This document shows, one piece after another, positions 27,344 to 36,990 of a stretch of DNA of 64,000 nt. Below the pieces are notes generated by a model. The model saw nothing but the letters and a program-made list of their open reading frames with translations, was not told where the DNA came from and searched no databases. The DNA is taken from positions 27,209-91,208 of the forward strand of contig JAQBYD010000006.1 of assembly GCA_027623315.1 (NCBI GenBank), given 5' to 3'. Position 1 is the first letter of the stretch. Each line of letters begins with the position of its first letter. Made by a program: the position numbers and the translations under genes. Source of the DNA: Verrucomicrobiota bacterium. GTDB taxonomy: Bacteria > Verrucomicrobiota > Kiritimatiellia > CAJWTS01.

Positions 27344-29755
27344 CTACTTCGATCCCACCCCGCGGCGCTCCATTACTTCGAGGATCAGGATCAGGGTCTC
27401 CTTTTCCGTGTCCTTGGAAATGGCGTTGGGGTCGAGTCCGGTCTGCTCAACCAATTTGCGGGTCCAGTCGAAGCCGGAGGCCTGTTGCTGGAAGCCCATG
27501 CCGGTGCGCCACGAGAGGTCGCGCAGGTTGTTGAGTAGCTGTTTGGCGATCTCGTCCTTGCCGGCGATCTCTGCGGCAAGGAGCCAGCAGGTGAGGTTGC
27601 GCGTCATGCTGATGGCCTCGGGCGCCGCCCACCGGTAACGCGGGAGATAGAGGGCACCGCCCTCCCAGGGGAAACCCTTTGCGAGGCGCTCGGTGGAATA
27701 TTTCAGCTCTGCCGCGAGAACCTTGCGCACGATGCCCCCGCGCAGGCGCTGCTCGAGCGTACCCAGCCACGCGGTGGCACGCTGCCTGTCGGCGTTGGTC
27801 TCTCCGCGCAGGGCGAGTTCGGTCAGCGGACGCACTGCGCTCGCGCGCATTCCGAGCAAGAGCGCGGCGACCGCCTCGCGCTTGGACGGATCGGCCGCCT
27901 CCTGCCTGAGCAGGTCCTTGATGGCTTCGGCGCCGCGAATGCGCATCAGTGCCGCGCCGGCCCACATCTTGACCAGGTTGGGCGCGGTCTTGTCGTCGAC
28001 GATCTGCTGCAAAGGCTTGACCGCCGTCTTGGTCCCGATGTCGGCCAGGCAGACGATCGCCCAGCCACGGCGGGTGTAGTCGGTTCCTTCGACCGCTTCG
28101 CCAACCAGTTGAGGGACGACCGTGTCACCGCGCGCGATCAACGTCGCCGCTGCATCTTGCGACGTCTTCGGATCGCCCAACGCATCCAGCAGTTTACTGA
28201 TGTCGCCGAGGTCCCTGGCGGATACAACCGTGCCGAAGCTTGCGATCGCAAGAATCAGGAAGAGGCGTGAGTGACGGGAGTAAACGACGAGGCCCATGAG
28301 GCAGACACAGCCCACAATGGTGCCCGAGATCCGGGAGGAGAGTTGTGACAAGCCGAAGCCTTTGAACACTCGATGGAACCATGAGCTCTGCTTTCTCTCC
28401 AGATCGCCACGTTTCAGGTCGTGCGCCGCGTACTTTTCGAAGGTCAGGTTCTGCTTGGCGATCACATCGCGCGGGAAGTCGCCCTCAATTACGGTCAGGC
28501 TCAATCCAGCAAAATCTTTGCCGATGGCTTCGAACGCACTGGCGCGTTCCTCGTCGATGACCTCACCGATGAGTTCGTCGACATTCTCGCCGCGCAGACC
28601 AAGGCGCTCGCCGAGCAGGAGAAGTTCTTTCTCACGCTCCTCGAACGGATGGGTCAGCTTCCCGGTGCGCAGAGCAAGGAGATCTGAGCTCATCAGGTCC
28701 AGGGCATGCCCGTTGTGGGGTGAGGGGTCGCGATCGTATTCGGGGCGTTTGAAGTAGCCCGCTTTCTCGGCCTGCTCGATCGTGCCACCGAGTACCTTTA
28801 CGGGCAACGGCTCGGTCATATGCTTGTAGAGCTGCGCGCCGGCGATGCGGCCTTTCACGAACTTTTCGGGCAACTCTTTGATTCGGACCGCCTGATCGCT
28901 GAAGAAGTATACAATGTTGAAGAGTTCGCCTTCGTTGAATGCCGAGAGCCGCATCGGCACGACCGGCTCCTTGACACGGAACCTGAAGCCCATGGCCTGA
29001 ACGGCCCCTTCGAATCCAGCGCCCGGCGTGCTCGCATCGGCTTTGCGCATCCCCGGCTTGGGCTCGACCGCCGCCTGGCTGCCGACGTTGGCCTTGACGG
29101 CCACGAAGCACCAGTCCTCTTCAATGTATTCTCTGCAGACGTCATCCATGCCGGTGGGATAGACGTAGCCGTGTTGCGACATCCAGCGCTGCAGGGCCCG
29201 CGGATCCGTCGCTGCGAGGACGGCGACCTGGTACATGCCGACGGCTTCCTCCTTCAGGACGGTGACGGTCCCGAGCGAGAGCTCTTCGGCTTCTGACATG
29301 TCGGCCATTGCCGATTTGAGCATGCGTCTCGCCATCATCGGCCGTGGCCGCATATCGATCACGATTTCCGGCGGTTCGATCGCTTTCTCGATATGAGCGA
29401 AAATCGGGTCGGGCACCTTGCGAATATCGGGTGGGGTGGGGAACGGGATCAGCATGCCGAAGTCGTTGAGCTTTCCCTTGAAGCCCGGCCGCAGCGCGAT
29501 GTCTTCAACGCCGTCCTTGAAGAAGACGTAGGTGAGTTGATCACCGACACGCATCAGTTCGGGAGTCCCGCTGGTCAATGCGATAGGAGGTACCATCCCG
29601 CAAGGGTCTGCGTGGGCGCCGGATGTGATGGCGATGGCCGCCAGGCAGATCGCCACGATCGACGTCCGGTGACGTAGACCCCGGAAGATGAATCGGCCAG
29701 GTTTACGATGAGGTTGGGCTCTTTTCATATGCATTGAATCTCTACGCGGTTTCAT
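27344..29755 (-). CDS. DUF2330-like secreted/membrane protein with C-terminal HEAT/PBS-lyase-like repeat region
   Basis: 803 aa. The ATG at 29755 is preceded by GAAGGAG on the minus strand. N-terminal anchor plus ...ADPCGMVPP. A central TM segment (GTIVGCVCLMGLVVY). The C-terminal ~330 aa are alpha-helical repeats (LLDALGDP...AAATLIARGD...) resembling HEAT/PBS lyase repeats. Confidence 0.55.
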   Translation of the reverse strand: MKPRRDSMHMKRAQPHRKPGRFIFRGLRHRTSIVAICLAAIAITSGAHADPCGMVPPIALTSGTPELMRVGDQLTYVFFKDGVEDIALRPGFKGKLNDFGMLIPFPTPPDIRKVPDPIFAHIEKAIEPPEIVIDMRPRPMMARRMLKSAMADMSEAEELSLGTVTVLKEEAVGMYQVAVLAATDPRALQRWMSQHGYVYPTGMDDVCREYIEEDWCFVAVKANVGSQAAVEPKPGMRKADASTPGAGFEGAVQAMGFRFRVKEPVVPMRLSAFNEGELFNIVYFFSDQAVRIKELPEKFVKGRIAGAQLYKHMTEPLPVKVLGGTIEQAEKAGYFKRPEYDRDPSPHNGHALDLMSSDLLALRTGKLTHPFEEREKELLLLGERLGLRGENVDELIGEVIDEERASAFEAIGKDFAGLSLTVIEGDFPRDVIAKQNLTFEKYAAHDLKRGDLERKQSSWFHRVFKGFGLSQLSSRISGTIVGCVCLMGLVVYSRHSRLFLILAIASFGTVVSARDLGDISKLLDALGDPKTSQDAAATLIARGDTVVPQLVGEAVEGTDYTRRGWAIVCLADIGTKTAVKPLQQIVDDKTAPNLVKMWAGAALMRIRGAEAIKDLLRQEAADPSKREAVAALLLGMRASAVRPLTELALRGETNADRQRATAWLGTLEQRLRGGIVRKVLAAELKYSTERLAKGFPWEGGALYLPRYRWAAPEAISMTRNLTCWLLAAEIAGKDEIAKQLLNNLRDLSWRTGMGFQQQASGFDWTRKLVEQTGLDPNAISKDTEKETLILILEVMERRGVGSK

Positions 29756-30100
29756 TCTCTTCTCCTTCTACTAGTTCCAGTCTAATTTCTACCGTCGCCG
29801 GAATGCTCTGCTTGCCGTTGCTTAGGAACAGGATTCCAAGGTTCTTCCACTCGCCCGTTTTCTGAACCGTGAACCACGGTCCGGCCGCGAAGTGGCGGCC
29901 CTCAATTCATATGCGTGACCAGAGGTGGTACAGGCCCACGCGCTGAACGGTGAAGCTGAGTTCGGGCGGGGTGATGTCGGTGGCGTTGTCCGCGTGGGTG
30001 GTCAGAAGTGAGCAGTGAGAACCGGGTAGTGATAAGTTGGGGCTGTGCGCGCTACCCACTAATCACCCCGCCTGCGGCGGGGCAAGCTTCTCACTGACCA

Positions 30101-31201
30101 CTACTTCTCAAAGGCCAGGAGTTCAATCACGGGCGCGGGCGTGTCGCTTCGCTTGGAAGCGCGGACGATGAGCTTAATGGCTTCGCGTCTGCCGATCGGG
30201 TCAACGCCCCGCACCACGCGCCGGACGGACACCGACACGCCGTGCACGTATTCGTTGACGGTGACGGGTCTGGCTCCGGGTGTGCCCACGGTGGCCCGGC
30301 GGTGCGTCCAGCGTCCCCAGATGCTGGCGATCGCGGGCAATGCCTTGATGGCGGCCTCAATGTAGGGCTCTCTGAGGTGCGGGCAGATGCGTGCGGCTTC
30401 CAGGTTGGCATGAAGCTTCTCGAGGATCGCGTCGCGGTCGAATTCGAAGGTGGAATCGTCACGCCACGCGCCGAGTTCGAACCACTCGGCGTCGATCTCC
30501 CAGTCCATCTTCGCAAGCCGGCAACCCCAGGTGTTGATGGAATCGCTGCCCGCGCCGAAGCAGTACGAGTCCGACTCGTCGCTGGCGTCATGCGCGCGGA
30601 TGCATGCCTCGACGCCGGCTGCTTCAGCCATGATCGCGGTGATCTCTTCTGGCGGCTCTTCCTTCTCAACCTCGTCAGGATCCGGCCTTGAGGGAGTTTC
30701 CAGAGCAGGAGGTTCGGGCGGCGTCTCCGGCTCGAGCGGAGGCAAGGGCGGCGGCGCCGGGGAGGCCTCTATTGCGCCCGGCGAATCGAAGGGATGCCTG
30801 GACGTGGATTCCCCGGCGCGGGTCAGCACACGGTCAAGGTCCTTCCGAGCGCCTTCCACCAGCGCGTCCATGTCGGCCTGGCTGACCTGGAGCTGTGCCG
30901 CGAAACTCTCGATCGGTTTGCTTTCCGCTGCATCGATGGTCCCGTCCGCCAGCGCGATCATGACCATGTCGTGGACGTTGTCCAGCCGGCGCTGGCGGGA
31001 GTGAACGTAGCCGAGGCTGTAGGTACCCTGGCCGAGCAGGCTCCGCGCGGCCATGAAGTGGCGTTGCTCCGCACCAATTCGTTCAGCAATCGCCTGGAAC
31101 ACGAGCGCTTCTTCGCGCGCATCCTTGCCGTCAGCCTTCGCCACGCTGAGCACGTTGGCGAGATACGTGGCCTTGTCTGCATGCGTGAAAGAGTCTTTCA
31201 T
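30101..31201 (-). CDS. TerB-like N-terminal domain protein with Pro/Glu-rich linker and uncharacterised C-terminal domain
   Basis: Start taken at ATG 31201 (MKDSFTHADKATYLANVLSVAKADGKDAREEALVFQAIAERIG...MIALADGTIDAAESKPIESFAAQLQVSQADMDAL). The track start at 31240 is GTG. Two amphipathic pairs with conserved D/E match the TerB/DjlA-N tellurite-resistance fold. Linker PPLPPLEPETPPEPPALETPSRP. Confidence 0.55.
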   Translation of the reverse strand: MKDSFTHADKATYLANVLSVAKADGKDAREEALVFQAIAERIGAEQRHFMAARSLLGQGTYSLGYVHSRQRRLDNVHDMVMIALADGTIDAAESKPIESFAAQLQVSQADMDALVEGARKDLDRVLTRAGESTSRHPFDSPGAIEASPAPPPLPPLEPETPPEPPALETPSRPDPDEVEKEEPPEEITAIMAEAAGVEACIRAHDASDESDSYCFGAGSDSINTWGCRLAKMDWEIDAEWFELGAWRDDSTFEFDRDAILEKLHANLEAARICPHLREPYIEAAIKALPAIASIWGRWTHRRATVGTPGARPVTVNEYVHGVSVSVRRVVRGVDPIGRREAIKLIVRASKRSDTPAPVIELLAFEK

Positions 31202-31252
31202 AGGCTTGGGCGGCGACGGCACGGCGATGCCGTGCGTCACCGTGCGCCGGCG

Positions 31253-32749
31253 TTACTCGCCGGCTGGTTTCTTGTCCTCGGGCTGCGGCCCACTCGAGGT
31301 TTTGCCAAGGAAGTCCGGCAGATCGAGCCCAAGTTGTGCTGCCAGTTCGTGCATCGGAGGCAGCGCGCCCATCAGGCGTTGACCCAGCCCGGACATGCCC
31401 TGGTTATCGCCGCCGCTATCCCAGACGAAGATCTTGTCGATCGGCAGATCCTGAATGGCCTGGGCCTGCACACGAGCGACCTCCAGCAGTTTTTCGATCA
31501 GCAGGAGCGAAGCCGCTTGCTCGCCTGACGAGCAGGCTTCAACCAGCTTGTTGTAACCTTCGGCTTTGCCGGTGAGGATCGCTTGCACGCCTTTGGCCTC
31601 GGCGCTCATCTTGGCCAGGATCGCTTCGGCCTCGCCCTGCGCGACGCGAATCGACTGCTCCCGGTTGGCATCGGCCGCGATCATGACCCGCTCGCGGTCC
31701 GCGTCGGCGGGTACCACGATCTCGGCTTTCAATCTCGCGGTCTCGCGCTCGGAACGAGCTTCCTCGGCTAGCTTCTGGGCGACTTCCTGTGCAACGCGAA
31801 TCGCGCCGTCAGCCGCACGCTCGGCGGATTGACCCCGGTTTCTCGCCTCCTCCTCGGCCACTTTCTGGTTGGCGCGGAAGCCCGCCTTGTCGGAGTCGGC
31901 CTTGGTTTCACCCGATACGGCTTCGGCATCGAGGATCGCGGACTGCTGCCGGCGGTCGCGGTCTGCGCGGGCTTCGCCGATCTCCGCGTCCGCGTTCGCG
32001 GCGGCTACGGCCACGCGCTGGTCACGGCTTCGCTCGGCAACACCGGTCTGTCCCGTTTTTTCCTGCTCGGCGACGTCGACATTGGCCTGGTTGATCGCCT
32101 CGGCCGCGGCGCGGCGCCCGAGGGCCACGATGTAACCGGATTCGTCTTCGATATCGCGAATGTTGACGTTGATCAGGGACAAACCAATCTTTTCGAGTTC
32201 GCCCGAGACCGCCTCGTTCACCTTTTTCAGGAACGCCTGTCGGTCCTGGTTAATCTCCTCGATCTTCATCGTCGCGATCACTGCACGCATCTGGCCGAGG
32301 ATGATGTCCTGCGCCTGTCCTTCGATATCTTTGGCCGGCAACCCCAGCAGGCGAATCGCCGCGTTCTCCATCACGCCTTTTTGCGTGGAGATAGCGGCGG
32401 TAACCGTGGTGGGGACCGTGACGCGGATATTCTCAAACGAGAGTGCATTCTTGAGGTCGATCGGAACCACGAAAGGCTCCAGGTCGAGGTAATCGTATGC
32501 CTGGAACAACGGCCACACGAATGCGGCGCCGCCGTGGATGCACTTGGCCACTCCCTGGTTCGTCTTTCCGTAGATCACCAGGATCCTGTTCGACGGACAG
32601 CGCCGGTAGCGCGTCATAAAGCTGAATAGAAGCACGATGATGATCGCACCAAACAGCAGCGATAGAATTAACCCGACCGGGATCTGGCCGGCCGCCGCGA
32701 GTATGATTGGAAATTGTGCTGTGCTCATTTGTGTTGCTAATGCCTCCAT
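31253..32749 (-). CDS. Flotillin-like SPFH/band-7 protein (YqiK/FloT-like)
   Basis: 498 aa. N-terminal TM (IILAAAGQIPVGLILSLLFGAIIIVLLF), SPFH core, and a long Ala/Glu/Arg-rich coiled-coil flotillin repeat region (AEAEIGEARADRDRRQQ...). Confidence 0.8.
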   Translation of the reverse strand: MEALATQMSTAQFPIILAAAGQIPVGLILSLLFGAIIIVLLFSFMTRYRRCPSNRILVIYGKTNQGVAKCIHGGAAFVWPLFQAYDYLDLEPFVVPIDLKNALSFENIRVTVPTTVTAAISTQKGVMENAAIRLLGLPAKDIEGQAQDIILGQMRAVIATMKIEEINQDRQAFLKKVNEAVSGELEKIGLSLINVNIRDIEDESGYIVALGRRAAAEAINQANVDVAEQEKTGQTGVAERSRDQRVAVAAANADAEIGEARADRDRRQQSAILDAEAVSGETKADSDKAGFRANQKVAEEEARNRGQSAERAADGAIRVAQEVAQKLAEEARSERETARLKAEIVVPADADRERVMIAADANREQSIRVAQGEAEAILAKMSAEAKGVQAILTGKAEGYNKLVEACSSGEQAASLLLIEKLLEVARVQAQAIQDLPIDKIFVWDSGGDNQGMSGLGQRLMGALPPMHELAAQLGLDLPDFLGKTSSGPQPEDKKPAGE

Positions 32750-32768
32750 TGTTCTTCTCCTTTTCTAA

Positions 32769-33413
32769 CTATTTCGGCACGGGAGTGACCTCAATCGTGA
32801 GATCGTCCAAAACCCGCATTACTTTAACCGACGATCCGGCTTTCAGAGCGCTACCGTCAGACGTCTTCGCCTTAACATTCGATAAGATACCACTCACCAA
32901 CACGCGCACTTCGCCGCTTCCGTTCTCGGGGATATCGAGATAGATCGAGCCGAGAGACCCGACGCACGAAGCGATCTGCTGGGTTCCGGTATGCGTAAGT
33001 TTTCGTAAGAGGTAGAGGATGCCCGCGACGCTGCCCATTCCGGCAAGGCCCCAGAGGGTCGAGAGGGTCATCGCGCGGCCCATCTCGACACCATTGTTCA
33101 GGTAGAGCGCACCGCCCCAGGTGAAGAGGGTAAAGAATGCGATCAGCGAGCGCACGCTCAGCACTTTGAAAGCCGCTACGGTTGCCGTGGCATCGGTTTC
33201 GGCGCCGTGCTCGAAGTCGTCATACGTGTGATCCACTTCGGCATCACCGATTCCGCCCGTATCGACGTCCACATCGGTGTCGAGGTCGACATCGCTATCA
33301 CCGAGGCCGATCATCGCCGAGATCATCTGCCACGTGAAAAAGACACTGCAGAACGCCGCGGCGCAATAGAACCCGCGGTTCACCTGGCTTAGTTCCTGCC
33401 ACCATTCCGACAT
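32769..33413 (-). CDS. NfeD-like (YqiJ-like) membrane protein, flotillin partner
   Basis: 214 aa. N-terminal TM helices, acidic D/V-rich loop, C-terminal OB-fold-like beta region (EVRVLVSGILSNVKAKTSDGSALKAGSSVKVMRVLDDLTIEV). Gene order NfeD then flotillin matches the conserved yqiJK arrangement. Confidence 0.65.
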   Translation of the reverse strand: MSEWWQELSQVNRGFYCAAAFCSVFFTWQMISAMIGLGDSDVDLDTDVDVDTGGIGDAEVDHTYDDFEHGAETDATATVAAFKVLSVRSLIAFFTLFTWGGALYLNNGVEMGRAMTLSTLWGLAGMGSVAGILYLLRKLTHTGTQQIASCVGSLGSIYLDIPENGSGEVRVLVSGILSNVKAKTSDGSALKAGSSVKVMRVLDDLTIEVTPVPK

Positions 33414-33691
33414 CGTTCGCCTCCTCGTTATCTGCGCCCCGGTGCAACCCGTCGCGCCCGGGCCAGTCGTTTATCAACCCTTCTACTTGACGCGTGGATC
33501 AACCTAGAACAACGGGCATTCCACCGCCATTACAAAAGCCCACATGGTTTGTAACGCCGGCCCTCTTGGGGACGGCGCCTCGAGATGCGGGATGTTAGGC
33601 GTGTGGTGCCCTGTTCGCCGCTCGAAGGTATGGATGTTTTCATCATATCTCCTCTCGTGGTTCGCTATGGGGGGGGCCAGGGGCGCGACAT

Positions 33692-34717
33692 CTACTTGCT
33701 CTGCTTGTTCTCCTGGGTCGCCTCGCCCGGCGGAATCGCGTCTATTGCGTTCAAGACCGCGTGCATGTTGCTTCCGCGCGCGATCCGTTTTCGACCACCG
33801 CCAGGTTCAATCAGCAGCGCGCGGAAGTATTCGGCAACCACATTGTTTTGCTCGATCTCGACGGTTCGGATGGTGCCGTCGATGCGGCACGGTACGCGCC
33901 AGACTTTGTTCCACCAGAGCTCTCCATCCCCGACGGGTGTCGCCATGTTGATGCCGGATCGGCCGTCCAGCACGAGGCCCTCCTTGTAGAGAGACATGTA
34001 GGCAATCGCCACGGCCAGTTGTGAGTAATCGATGTGTACGCCGACACCCTTATGGGTGTGGGTGCATGAGACCGCGTAGTTTTCGAAGAGGCCGGTGTCA
34101 TCGAAGCCATGCAAGCCTCCGGCGGCCATGCGGTTCATGAAGCTGAAGGAAGTCTGGTGCACGATATCCCATCGCGGCGAGTGATAGTTGGAAATCTTCA
34201 AGTCGGGCGGGAGGCGCGCCTTATCCAGCGTGGTGTCCCGGGTCATGGCGGCCCCGAGGAAGTACACGCCGCGCAGGTGGTCGAGCTTGCCGTTCGAATG
34301 ATCAAGCGCTCGCAGGAGCACCCTCGATCCGATGCTGAAGCCGACCAGGACATAGGGCGTCTGTTCTCGCTCCAGCCGGTCGAGAACGGTGGAGGTGAAC
34401 CCGACAGACTCCTCATCGGCGCGAACCTCGGCTTCCTGCCAGGACGCCCCGGCTTTCAAGACCTCGATCCGGACGGAGTCCCACTCGTAATTGATAATTC
34501 GGTTAGAGAGCTTCTCATCATCCAGGAACGCCTGAAGATTCGCGCAGAAGCGCGGTCTTTTCTTGGCCCCTCCGAATCCATGGATGTAGACGAATACGAG
34601 GTCGCTCGCCCGCTGCGGGGCGGGCACGTCCGCCGCGCAAGCGGGAAGCATTGACGCGGCGAGGATGACTGCCGCGATTCGCGCGAGGACGTGAGGTGGC
34701 TCGGAGAGATGGGTCAC
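33692..34717 (-). CDS. Putative lipoprotein with alpha/beta-hydrolase-like domain
   Basis: 341 aa. Signal plus lipobox-like AASMLPAC, FVYIHGFGG, nucleophile elbow VGFSIGSRVLL (GxSxG). Confidence 0.5.
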   Translation of the reverse strand: MTHLSEPPHVLARIAAVILAASMLPACAADVPAPQRASDLVFVYIHGFGGAKKRPRFCANLQAFLDDEKLSNRIINYEWDSVRIEVLKAGASWQEAEVRADEESVGFTSTVLDRLEREQTPYVLVGFSIGSRVLLRALDHSNGKLDHLRGVYFLGAAMTRDTTLDKARLPPDLKISNYHSPRWDIVHQTSFSFMNRMAAGGLHGFDDTGLFENYAVSCTHTHKGVGVHIDYSQLAVAIAYMSLYKEGLVLDGRSGINMATPVGDGELWWNKVWRVPCRIDGTIRTVEIEQNNVVAEYFRALLIEPGGGRKRIARGSNMHAVLNAIDAIPPGEATQENKQSK

Positions 34718-35001
34718 GGCGTGTCCTTGCGCAACGCGGCGAGGAACCCCGCGGACTCAACTTTCAAGTCAAGCAGGAGTCTGCCGCCGGCGGGTACGAC
34801 ATGCAGCGCATCGTCCAAGGTGCGTTTGTCCGTCACTTTACGTCACGCTAAACCTTGACATCGATAGAGGGGCCATTAGAACGTGGGCGACGGATCCAAT
34901 CTAATTCGAAATGACACGGAGGCCCATACATTGATTCGCAAGATTACAGAACCCCTTGCGACACGCGAGCCTCGATCCGGGACGCGCTCGAGGTCGGAGT
35001 C

Positions 35002-35898
35002 TTAGTCTTCTCGCGACCCGGAGAAGCGCTCGTACAGGACATCGGCAATCTGTTGCATGCCTTCCCTGGAGAAATGTTTCCTGTCATCTTTGAGATAGAA
35101 GTTCTGTCTCGTGACGGCATCATGGTCTTTCCATAGCAGCATGAAGTCGATGCTTGCTACCCCGTTGTCGCGGGCATACGTCTCGATGGTTTCCTGCTGT
35201 GCGCGCCACTTTGGTTTGTACTCCTCAAGGGACGTAAAGTGGTAGGGGAAATTCAGTACGATGGGCTCGAAGCCTTGTCGCTCCCCGAGTTGCTTCGCCG
35301 TGGCGAACAGGTGGTTGATCTGCGTAAAGTCCTTGCGTCTCCTGGCGCTGCTCCGCTCCCAGCGGTTAAGCATGGTGGAGACCAAGCGGCTGTGCAGCCG
35401 GCTTCCCCATGCCTTCGGGTGCATCTGGCGGGCCAGTTCGCCCAGGCCGTCGGATTGGGTCTCGTCGTTCAGGCAGACTCCGATCAGAAGGTAGTCCGGC
35501 TCGAAAGGCAGCACCTTGTCCTTTAGTACGATTTCCTCCTGGCGGGAGTTGTAGCCGACGACGGAGAAGTTCAAGACTTCGAAGTGAACATCGCTCGTTG
35601 CGTTCAGCTTATCCTCCAGGAGATGTTCAAACGTGTCTTCGACGGGGATCTGGTGACCGAAGGCAACGGAATCTCCGATCACGGCGATTCGGATCGTGTT
35701 GGCCGGCTTCTGGAGGGCGTATTCCTGATCGCGCATGCCAAAGCGGTTGATCTTGTAGGGTTTGTCACGGCTCTCAGCGGAGGGTTTAAGTTCGTAGACC
35801 AGATCCAGGTTCTCGGCGTACTGATGTACCACACCGTCGCTCAGCGGGCGGGGGTGTACGCTACCGCGTCGAGACGGATCAGTCCCCGGAGGATGCAT
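35002..35898 (-). CDS. SGNH/GDSL-family hydrolase (frameshifted relative to its N-terminal signal anchor, see findings)
   Basis: 298 aa with IAVIGDSVAFG (GDS block I) and C-terminal DxxH-like region. A stop lies immediately upstream. A 44-codon ORF (35841-35975, minus) in the -1 frame encodes MRSGHILGYRILVFSVTIVATLLGAECILRGLIRLD, a signal anchor. Confidence 0.6.
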   Translation of the reverse strand: MHPPGTDPSRRGSVHPRPLSDGVVHQYAENLDLVYELKPSAESRDKPYKINRFGMRDQEYALQKPANTIRIAVIGDSVAFGHQIPVEDTFEHLLEDKLNATSDVHFEVLNFSVVGYNSRQEEIVLKDKVLPFEPDYLLIGVCLNDETQSDGLGELARQMHPKAWGSRLHSRLVSTMLNRWERSSARRRKDFTQINHLFATAKQLGERQGFEPIVLNFPYHFTSLEEYKPKWRAQQETIETYARDNGVASIDFMLLWKDHDAVTRQNFYLKDDRKHFSREGMQQIADVLYERFSGSRED

Positions 35899-36097
35899 TC
35901 AGCGCCAAGGAGAGTCGCCACGATAGTGACGGAAAACACCAGGATCCTATAGCCAAGTATGTGTCCAGATCTCATGTCTACTCCTGCGCCTCGCGGGCGG
36001 TTGCGGATGAACGCCGAGCATACCTAAATCACGCCGACGAACAAGGAGTTTCGGAATCCATCGGCCGTCTCTTGCACGGCTATCGCCGGAAGGCCGA

Positions 36098-36811
36098 TCA
36101 GGAGCAGTTCCGCGTCGGCGCGGTGGTTTCGTATCCGAAAGCCTCAAAGTCTTCGCGGTAGAACGCCCGGACGATCTCGGCGGACTCGGGGCAATAGTAC
36201 TCCGAGTAGTCGTTGCGTTCGATTTGGTTGAGGTGCAGCGGGGCCGTGTGTGGGAGTTTGAGTTCTTCGAAGAGGCGTTTCAGGTCTGCCTCGAGCGTCT
36301 CAACGCTGCCGAGAAAGTCGAGTCGCGTGTGCTCGATCCAGCGCACCTGCGGATTGCACTGACTGGTTCCGTTGACGTTGAAGAGCCCGATTGGATCGCA
36401 GCCGCGCTCGCCGAGTTCACGGCAGAAAGCCAGGAAGGATTCCTGGCCGGCGCCGGGACACTTTGCAGCTCTCAGGTAGAAATAGAGAGACACCGCCCGG
36501 GCATAGGGATTGCGAGAGAATGCAAACTTGAAGGCAGATCTATCAAAGCGCCGCGATACGTGGCCCTGGCTGACCAGTTCTGCGTAGTCCATATGTGTGA
36601 ACGTGACCGTCCCGCGTTGGGCGAAGCGGTACTTGGCGTGGTAGGCCGTTTTGAATTGCGGCGCGTTCAGCATGTTGAAGATACTCGTGCCGGCGTTCTT
36701 CGGAATCCATATGAATACGGCGTTTCGTCCACGCGCGGAGAAATACTCCTTGAGAAAGCGCAGACCCGTGACGTCGAAGAGGCGTTTCGTCGTGCGATGC
36801 AGGTCGATCAC
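36098..36811 (-). CDS. Sulfotransferase (PAPS-dependent, Sulfotransfer_2-like)
   Basis: 237 aa. 5'-PSB motif FIWIPKNAGTSIFNML and a 3'-PB-like region (RNPYARAVSLY). Confidence 0.7.
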   Translation of the reverse strand: MIDLHRTTKRLFDVTGLRFLKEYFSARGRNAVFIWIPKNAGTSIFNMLNAPQFKTAYHAKYRFAQRGTVTFTHMDYAELVSQGHVSRRFDRSAFKFAFSRNPYARAVSLYFYLRAAKCPGAGQESFLAFCRELGERGCDPIGLFNVNGTSQCNPQVRWIEHTRLDFLGSVETLEADLKRLFEELKLPHTAPLHLNQIERNDYSEYYCPESAEIVRAFYREDFEAFGYETTAPTRNCS

Positions 36812-36990
36812 GCAGCCATTCAGACACCCGACCGGGTTTCCATCAACTTTTTTCGGTCGTTAATGACGCTTTCGTCTGTGACGCGTGCCCGGGGCGAGGG
36901 GTGCTGCTCCACGGTTGCAATTCACGGCCGAAAGTCTGATAGTTGGAGGCTCTCAACCCGGTAGAATTAACGCAACGAGGAGACCTCAGA

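Noticed and set aside
30064-30080. GC hairpin ccccgcc-tgc-ggcgggg as an intrinsic terminator of the TerB gene
   Set aside because: No U-tract on either strand. Kept only as a note within the DUF2330 promoter-region finding.
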